A stretch of DNA of 10,614 bases from Gemmatimonadota bacterium (lineage in GTDB: Bacteria; Gemmatimonadota; Gemmatimonadetes; Gemmatimonadales; GWC2-71-9). The stretch lies in contig JBDHDE010000075.1 of the NCBI GenBank assembly GCA_039591655.1, positions 1-10,614 on the forward strand. The letters are read 5' to 3'. The notes under the pieces are model-generated. The model saw only the letters and a list, made by a program, of their open reading frames with translations, did no database searches and had not been told where the DNA came from. Below, in pieces: positions 4,630 to 10,614 of this stretch. The position numbers and the translations under genes were made by a program. Numbering within the stretch: the stretch's first letter is position 1; the number at the start of each line of letters is the position of its first letter.

Positions 4630-7600
4630 GTGTTTGAGAACGTTTTCGAGACCGTCAATTCCGGCTTCGCCCAGGCGCTGTACGAGGATTACCTGAGAGA
4701 TCCTGCGTCGGTGCCCGAGGAGTGGCGCAAGCTGTTCGACAACGGGTTCACGGGGGAGGAGCCGGTGCCGGGCGCGCCGAGCCCGACCGTTTCTGCGGCG
4801 CCCACGCCCGCTGCGACGCCGGCCGCGGCCGAAGCGTCGCCTACCCACCCGACTCGAGCGCCCACAGCGCCGACACCGGAGGGCACCCCCGGCGAGCCCA
4901 TCTCCGGCCCCGCCCTGCGCCAGGTCACGAACATGGAGGCCTCCCTCGAGGTCCCCACCGCGACCTCGTTCCGGGACATCGACGTGTCACTCCTCTGGGC
5001 GGTGCGCGCCGCTTTCAACCGCCAGCTCAAGGCCCGGAACCTCAAGCTCTCGTTCACCCACTTCATCGGGTGGGCCATCGTCCAGGCGGCTCGGGAAGTG
5101 CCCGCCATGGGCCACACCCTGGCCCGGGAAGGCGATGACTACCACCGCGTCGAGCCGGGGAGCGTGAACCTCGGCCTCGCAGTGGACACCGTAGGCAAGC
5201 GGGGGGAGCGGCGGCTCGTGGTGCCGGTCGTCCAACACGCCGACCAGTTGGCGTTCGACGACTTCCACCAGGAGTACGAGCGGCTGGTTGCAGGGGCCCG
5301 GGACAACAAGCTGATGCCCGACGCATACATGGGTGGCACCATCACCCTCACCAACCCGGGAATGATCGGCACCGTTGCCTCGGTCCCGCGCCTCATGAGG
5401 GGCCAGGGCTCCATCATCGCCTCGGGCGCCATCCGTGACCTGGCCGGTGCCAAGGTCATGACTGCGACCAGCACCTACGACCACCGGGTCATCCAGGGAG
5501 CCGAATCGGGGGAGTTCCTCCAGGCGGTGGACCGCTTGCTGCAAGGTGCGGGCGACTTCTATCGAGCCATCGCCCAGGCTATGGACATCGACGGCGCGGC
5601 CCTGGCGGCAGCCCAGGCGGCGGTGGCCGCCGGCGTACCACCGGCACAGAGGCCGGCCGCACCGGCCACCGAGCCCGTGGCGGCCATCTCCCACGACATG
5701 CTGTACCACACGGCCGCAGCGATGTCGCTGGTCCGTGCACACCGCACCCACGGCTACCTCGCGGCACGGCTCGACCCCCTGGGGACGGAGCCCAAGGGCG
5801 ACCCGGCCCTCGATCCGGAGAACCTGGACCTAACCCCCGAAGTCATGGGGAAGGTCCCGGCGGACGTGCTCCGCACCTACGTCGGCGGCGAGACGTTGCT
5901 GGACGTGCTGCCGCGGCTACGGGAGATCTACTGCGGCGCCATCGCCTACGAGATCGAGCACATCGCAAGCCACGACGAGCGCGTCTGGCTGCGGCGGGTG
6001 ATCGAGTCCGGCGAGCACCGTCACCCCCTGGCCGACGAGGAGAAGCAGGCCCTGCTCAGCGAGCTCACCCGGGTGGACGCGCTGGAGCGGTTCCTGCACC
6101 GCAATTATCTCGGACACAAGCGGTTCGGCATCGAAGGCCTGGACATGATGGTGCCCATGCTACACCGGGCACTGGACCTCACGGCCGACGAGGGCACCTG
6201 CCAGGCGGTGATCGGGATGCCGCACCGGGGTCGGCTCAACGTGCTGGCGCACATTCTGGGCGTCTCGTACGAGACGGTCCTCGCGGAATTCGAGGGTGGC
6301 CGGGAGGTAGAGGAGACGCTGACGCCCAAGGGCGGCACCGGCGACGTGAAGTACCACCACGGGGCCACCGGCGTTTTCGAGACGTGGCGCGGGCAGGAGA
6401 TCGACGTGACGCTCATGCCCAACCCCAGCCACCTCGAGGCGGTAGACCCGGTCGTCGAGGGCAACGCTCGCGCTCGGCAGACGACCCGCTCCAAGCCGCA
6501 GCCGACGTACGACTTCATCTGCGTGCTGCCCATCCTGATCCACGGCGACGCAGCGTTCGCGGCGCAAGGCGTGGTGGCCGAGACCATCAACCTGGCGCGG
6601 CTCGAGGGCTACGGCACCGGCGGCACGCTACACATCATTGCCAACAACCAGGTGGGGTTCACCACCCCGCCACACGAAGCGCGCTCCACCGACTTCGCCA
6701 GCGATCTCGCCAAGGGATTCGACGTGCCCATCGTGCACGTGAACGCCGACGACGCCGAGGCGTGCCTCGCCGCGGTGCGCCTGGCGCTGATGTATCGCAA
6801 GAAGTTCCGGCACGACGTGGTCATCAACCTGGTGGGCTACCGCCGACACGGGCACAACGAGGGCGACGAGCCGCGCTACACCCAGCCGCTCATGTACCAG
6901 CGCATCGACCAACATCCGCCAGCGCGGGAGGTCTACGCCAAGACACTCATCGACCAGGGCGTGCTGACGCCGGAGCAGGTCGAGCAGGATGCCCAGCAGG
7001 TCTACGATCGGCTGGCCGAGACCCAGGCTAAGCTGCGCGCCGATCTCGAGCAGGCCGATCAGGAGGGCGAGGAGCCGCAGCGGATCTCCGGACTGTGGAT
7101 CTCCGTCGCGGAGCCGAAGACCGCTGTCGAGTACTCTCTCCTGGCCGAGCTCAACGAGGAGCTGCTGCGGGTCCCCGAGGGCTTCCACGTCAATCCCAAG
7201 CTCAAGCGCGTGTTGGAGCGGCGCCGCACTGCCCTGGCCGAGGGCGGCGACCTCGACTGGGCCCACGCCGAGGCGCTGGCGCTGGCATCCCTGCCGGTCG
7301 AGGGCGTCCCGCTGCGCATGGTGGGGCAGGACACGGCCAGGGGGACGTTCAGCCAGCGGCACCTCACCCTGTTCGACGCCGAGAGCGGCACCCCGTACAC
7401 ACCGATCCAGCAACTCTCCAAGGCGAAGGTGCCCTTCGAGCTGCACAACTCACCGCTCTCGGAGTACGCCGCTCTCGGATTCGAGTACGGCTACAGCGTG
7501 GCGGTCCCCAACGCGCTGGTGATCTGGGAGGCCCAGTTCGGCGACTTCGCCAACGCCGCCGAGGTGATCATCGACCAGTTCATCATTGCCGGCCTGTCAA

Positions 7601-8280
7601 AGTGGGGGCAGACCTCACGGCTCACGCTGCTCCTGCCCCACGGCTACGAGGGCCAGGGACCGGAGCACTCGAGCGCCAGGCTCGAGCGCTACCTGGCGCT
7701 GGGGGCGGAGGGCAACCTCCGGGTCGCCAACTGCTCGACGCCGGCCCAGTACTTCCACCTGCTGCGACGCCAGGCCAAGCACGAGGAGGCCCGCCCGCTA
7801 ATCGTGATGACGCCGAAGAGCCTGTTGCGCCTGCCGCAGGCCACCTCGAAGGCGACGGAGCTGGCCGAGGGCGAGTTCCACGCCGTGCTGGACGACCACG
7901 CTCTACCGGGCTCCCGTGACAGCGTGCGGCGCCTGGTGCTCTGCTCGGGGAAGGTCTACTACGACGTCATCGCGTCCGAGGGGCGCGCCGCGGCGAAGCA
8001 CGTGGCCGTGGCTCGACTGGAGTGCCTCTACCCGTTCCCGGAGAGCCGGGTGCGCGGCCTCATCGCGTCGTACCCGCGCCTCGAGGAAGTGGTGTGGCTC
8101 CAGGAAGAGCCCATGAACATGGGCGCGCGCAAGTGGGTGGTACCGCAGTTCCTGGCTCTGGCACCCGAGGGACTGTCGGTCCGCTACGTCTCGCGACCCG
8201 AGCGCTCGAGCCCGGCCGAGGGCTACCCCGCGGCGCACCAGGCGGAGCAGCGCAGGCTGGTGGACGAGGCCCTCGCCTAA
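4630..8280 (+). CDS. sucA: Multifunctional 2-oxoglutarate dehydrogenase, Kgd/OdhA type: N-terminal segment, succinyltransferase (E2o catalytic) domain, ThDP-dependent E1o domain; 1216 aa
   Basis: N-terminal N..F...LYE.YL.DP.SV..EW..LF, then a Pro/Ala/Thr linker. The E2 domain has PTATSFR, TNPGMIGT..SVPRLM.GQ and STYDHRVIQGAESGEFL. E1 motifs include GMPHRGRLNVL, GDVKYH, NPSHLEAV, HGDAAF...NNQ.GFTT (ThDP binding), GHNEGDEP, WEAQFGDF and LPHGYEGQGPEHSSARLER. Confidence 0.96.
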   Translation: MFENVFETVNSGFAQALYEDYLRDPASVPEEWRKLFDNGFTGEEPVPGAPSPTVSAAPTPAATPAAAEASPTHPTRAPTAPTPEGTPGEPISGPALRQVTNMEASLEVPTATSFRDIDVSLLWAVRAAFNRQLKARNLKLSFTHFIGWAIVQAAREVPAMGHTLAREGDDYHRVEPGSVNLGLAVDTVGKRGERRLVVPVVQHADQLAFDDFHQEYERLVAGARDNKLMPDAYMGGTITLTNPGMIGTVASVPRLMRGQGSIIASGAIRDLAGAKVMTATSTYDHRVIQGAESGEFLQAVDRLLQGAGDFYRAIAQAMDIDGAALAAAQAAVAAGVPPAQRPAAPATEPVAAISHDMLYHTAAAMSLVRAHRTHGYLAARLDPLGTEPKGDPALDPENLDLTPEVMGKVPADVLRTYVGGETLLDVLPRLREIYCGAIAYEIEHIASHDERVWLRRVIESGEHRHPLADEEKQALLSELTRVDALERFLHRNYLGHKRFGIEGLDMMVPMLHRALDLTADEGTCQAVIGMPHRGRLNVLAHILGVSYETVLAEFEGGREVEETLTPKGGTGDVKYHHGATGVFETWRGQEIDVTLMPNPSHLEAVDPVVEGNARARQTTRSKPQPTYDFICVLPILIHGDAAFAAQGVVAETINLARLEGYGTGGTLHIIANNQVGFTTPPHEARSTDFASDLAKGFDVPIVHVNADDAEACLAAVRLALMYRKKFRHDVVINLVGYRRHGHNEGDEPRYTQPLMYQRIDQHPPAREVYAKTLIDQGVLTPEQVEQDAQQVYDRLAETQAKLRADLEQADQEGEEPQRISGLWISVAEPKTAVEYSLLAELNEELLRVPEGFHVNPKLKRVLERRRTALAEGGDLDWAHAEALALASLPVEGVPLRMVGQDTARGTFSQRHLTLFDAESGTPYTPIQQLSKAKVPFELHNSPLSEYAALGFEYGYSVAVPNALVIWEAQFGDFANAAEVIIDQFIIAGLSKWGQTSRLTLLLPHGYEGQGPEHSSARLERYLALGAEGNLRVANCSTPAQYFHLLRRQAKHEEARPLIVMTPKSLLRLPQATSKATELAEGEFHAVLDDHALPGSRDSVRRLVLCSGKVYYDVIASEGRAAAKHVAVARLECLYPFPESRVRGLIASYPRLEEVVWLQEEPMNMGARKWVVPQFLALAPEGLSVRYVSRPERSSPAEGYPAAHQAEQRRLVDEALA

Positions 8281-10097
8281 GCCCCGCTCGGCGCAGCCTC
8301 CAGGCGATACCGCAGCCGGGCGCGGGCCGCTGCGACCGCCTCCCTATAGGTACGGCCCTCGAGTTGCCGGCGCAGACGCTCGCTGACCGCGATCAACATG
8401 GGCGCCGGCTCCCAGAAGACCGCCTCACCCGTGGACGCATCCACCAGGCGCCCCTGGTTCACAGCCTGATTCGCTTTCGCGAGCGAGAGCTTCCGCAGCG
8501 GGTCCAACATGGCCTCGAACCGCGCCTGCGCCTCCGGCTGCACGAACCTGAGCCGCCGGGTCCCCACCGCGGCCATGTAGAACTGCGCCGGTACGAAGGC
8601 GATGCCGTCCAGCCGTAGCCGCTCGCACACCACCACCAGCCAGACCGCCACGTCCCGCATCAGCCCCAAGCCGGGGTGCTGCTGGCCCGGCAGCTGCGGC
8701 CGGCTTCCCCTGAACGTGGCACGCGGGTTCTGCAGCAGCAGCCACTCGATCTCGATCACCTCGTGCTGTGGCACGATGGCGCGGCTGCGGCTCGCCTTGA
8801 GCTCCATCAGGAGCTCGGCGCGTGCGGGATCTCCAAAGACTCGCAGGGTCTGCCCCAGGCCCTGCGGCGTGTCGAGCGTCAGCGTGAGGTTGCGAAAGCC
8901 CCGGGCCCGCACCCGGTCCAGCAGGCCGAGCTGCTCCAGCTGAAGCTCCACCGCGTGGCGCGAGTACTGTCCCAGGAACCGGGTGTCCTCCTGCATGGCG
9001 AGCCCCAGCAGGTCGTCCGCCGACAACCCCCAATCCCCCTCGTCCCTACGTCCCTGCTCTTCCAGATCCCACCGGCTGGAGATCTCCCGGAAACGCCGCA
9101 GCAAGAGCTCGGCGTCATCGGGCGGCTCCAGTGCTTCGCCGGTCACGAGCCAACCGAAGAAGCGGGCGGAGTGGCGCCACGCCGCCGTGCCGTAGCCGCC
9201 GGCCAGGACGACCACCATGGGTATGGACCGATGCTCGTTGCGAACCTGGCTCGCCACGAAGCGGTCCCGCTCGAGGAGCCCGTCGTCGGTGAGCCGCCAG
9301 TCGCCCAGGGCGTCGCTCGCGGCCCCATCCACTCCGGCCACGTAGAACACGAGACCGGGTCGGTGCGACCGCACCACCGGCGGTAGCGACTTCTCGAGTG
9401 TCTCCAGGAGGACCTCGTCGGTGACGTCGCTCCCCAGCTCGATGCTGGTGGATGCGACGGCCTCCGTCTCGTCCCACGCCATGTTGTGGATGGAGAACGT
9501 GTGCACGGTCTCGTCGTCGGCAAACACCGCACGGGTCCCGTTGCCGTCGTGCAGGTCGAGATCCACCACCAGGATCGGCTCGGTGAACCTCCGTGCCCGC
9601 AGGCGCGCGACGGCGACGGCCACGTCGTTGAACACACAGAAGCCCATGCCCTCGTCGGGCGTGGCGTGGTGGAACCCACCGCCGAGGTGCACCGCCACCT
9701 TCTGGGTGCGCAGCGCCAGGCGGGTCGCCTGGATCGTCCCCCCCACCATGAGTCGCATCAGATCGAGCGCCTCATGCGCGGTCCGATCGGTGAGCTGGAG
9801 CCCGAGGATGCCTCCCACCACCGACGGGTCGGACAGTGTCTCGAGGTACTCCGGCGTGTGGACCCGGAGGATGTTTTCCAGAGAGGCGGGCAGCGGCCGG
9901 CTCACGTCGTGCCGGCGAATGAGCCGCTCGTCGGTGAGGAACCCGAGGATCTTGCTGGATCGTGCCGGATCCATCAGCCCGCCGGTGACGCCATGGGTGT
10001 AGTCGGGGTGGTGGACGAAGCCGACGTCGGGCGGATGCAGGGTGTAGCGCAGCCAGCGGCCGAGGCGGCCCGACGCCTTCGCGACCCGCTCGAGCAT
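8277..10097 (-). CDS. Zn-dependent histone-deacetylase-family (AcuC/HDAC-like) deacylase fused to a C-terminal GNAT-like domain, 606 aa
   Basis: HDAC motifs: RVHTPEYL, GGGFHHA, GFCVFNDVA, DLDLHDGNG, TFSIH, AGVD....D.LG and LAGGY. A strong SD (AAGGGAGGT) lies upstream of ATG 10097, so the ORF-track extension to 10577, antisense to otsB, is rejected. The GNAT-like call for the C-terminal domain is lower confidence than the HDAC call. Confidence 0.9.
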   Translation of the reverse strand: MLERVAKASGRLGRWLRYTLHPPDVGFVHHPDYTHGVTGGLMDPARSSKILGFLTDERLIRRHDVSRPLPASLENILRVHTPEYLETLSDPSVVGGILGLQLTDRTAHEALDLMRLMVGGTIQATRLALRTQKVAVHLGGGFHHATPDEGMGFCVFNDVAVAVARLRARRFTEPILVVDLDLHDGNGTRAVFADDETVHTFSIHNMAWDETEAVASTSIELGSDVTDEVLLETLEKSLPPVVRSHRPGLVFYVAGVDGAASDALGDWRLTDDGLLERDRFVASQVRNEHRSIPMVVVLAGGYGTAAWRHSARFFGWLVTGEALEPPDDAELLLRRFREISSRWDLEEQGRRDEGDWGLSADDLLGLAMQEDTRFLGQYSRHAVELQLEQLGLLDRVRARGFRNLTLTLDTPQGLGQTLRVFGDPARAELLMELKASRSRAIVPQHEVIEIEWLLLQNPRATFRGSRPQLPGQQHPGLGLMRDVAVWLVVVCERLRLDGIAFVPAQFYMAAVGTRRLRFVQPEAQARFEAMLDPLRKLSLAKANQAVNQGRLVDASTGEAVFWEPAPMLIAVSERLRRQLEGRTYREAVAAARARLRYRLEAAPSGA

Positions 10098-10277
10098 TGC
10101 GCTACCTCCCTTCCTTGAACACGAGGCCCCGGAAATATGGGCAGCCCCCGACCCGGCGCGCCACGCGCCGCCACCAGGAGGCGGTCTTGACGAAGGGTGG
10201 GCGGCGTCGTGAGGTTTGGCTGCCGCTTGCATTCTGCGGGCGGAGCCGCCTTGGACCCAGAGGGAGCGGAGCACCAT

Positions 10278-10613
10278 ATGCCACTGGCATCGGCCCTCGA
10301 TAGCCTGGATGAGATCGCCCGGCTGCTCCACGGCAAGCGCCCGGTCATCTTCCTGGATTACGACGGCACCCTGACGCCGATCGTGGCGCGCCCCGAGCTC
10401 GCCGTCCTCTCCGACCAGATGCGCTCCACCCTGAGGGACCTCGCCCGGGTCCATACGGTGGCCATCGTGAGCGGCCGCGACCGTGCGGACGTGGAGCAGT
10501 TGGTCCAGATCGACTCCCTGGTCTATGCCGGCAGCCACGGCTTCGACATCGTTGGTCCCGGACTCGAGCTCCAGCACCAGGAGGGTACCAAGTACGCCCC
10601 CGTGCTCAGCCGG
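10278..10613 (+). CDS. otsB: 3'-truncated trehalose-6-phosphate phosphatase (HAD IIB)
   Basis: Translated by hand because it is absent from the ORF track (no stop in the window): MPLASALDSLDEIARLLHGKRPVIFLDYDGTLTPIVARPELAVLSDQMRSTLRDLARVHTVAIVSGRDRADVEQLVQIDSLVYAGSHGFDIVGPG. It has HAD motif I DYDGTL, motif II SGR and the YAGSHG motif. GGAG (10268-10271) lies 6 nt before the ATG. Confidence 0.92.
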   Translation, partial: MPLASALDSLDEIARLLHGKRPVIFLDYDGTLTPIVARPELAVLSDQMRSTLRDLARVHTVAIVSGRDRADVEQLVQIDSLVYAGSHGFDIVGPGLELQHQEGTKYAPVLSR

Positions 10614-10614
10614 G

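Noticed and set aside
4759..4900. Pro/Ala/Thr-rich quasi-repeats in sucA
   Set aside because: This is an ordinary flexible linker of 2-oxoacid dehydrogenase subunits, not a DNA repeat element.
10215..10231. Sigma54-like TTTGGC-N6-TTGCA upstream of otsB
   Set aside because: GG and GC are separated by 9 nt, not the strictly required 10.
10098..10577. 160-aa N-terminal extension of the deacylase ORF (ORF track 8277..10577)
   Set aside because: It is largely antisense to a clear otsB gene, and a strong SD precedes ATG 10097, where HDAC-like sequence begins.

Overview
GC-rich bacterial chromosomal window with 10 supportable CDSs, two truncated by the window edges. The gene set and promoter style tentatively suggest a Gemmatimonadota-like or other high-GC organism (inference only). 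From left to right: (+) the C-terminal part of a PlsC-like acyltransferase with a Cys4 Zn-ribbon, translationally coupled to an ABC ATPase and an ABC-2-type permease. (-) A DinB-family gene, then a putative toxin-antitoxin pair, then endonuclease V (nfi). The pair is an HTH-like/AT-hook/'GIDxTLL..L.LTPEERL' protein plus an AbiEii/DUF6036-like nucleotidyltransferase, driven by a predicted leaderless promoter with a palindromic AT-rich operator. (+) A 1216-aa Kgd/OdhA-type fused E2o-E1o 2-oxoglutarate dehydrogenase. (-) A 606-aa Zn-dependent HDAC-family deacylase with a C-terminal GNAT-like domain. (+) The 5' part of trehalose-6-phosphate phosphatase (otsB), which is missing from the ORF track. 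The two best candidates for new biology are the AT-hook antitoxin/nucleotidyltransferase module with its AT-rich operator, and the possible writer-eraser HDAC-GNAT fusion that abuts the succinyl-CoA-producing dehydrogenase. All calls come from motif recognition by eye; no searches were run.
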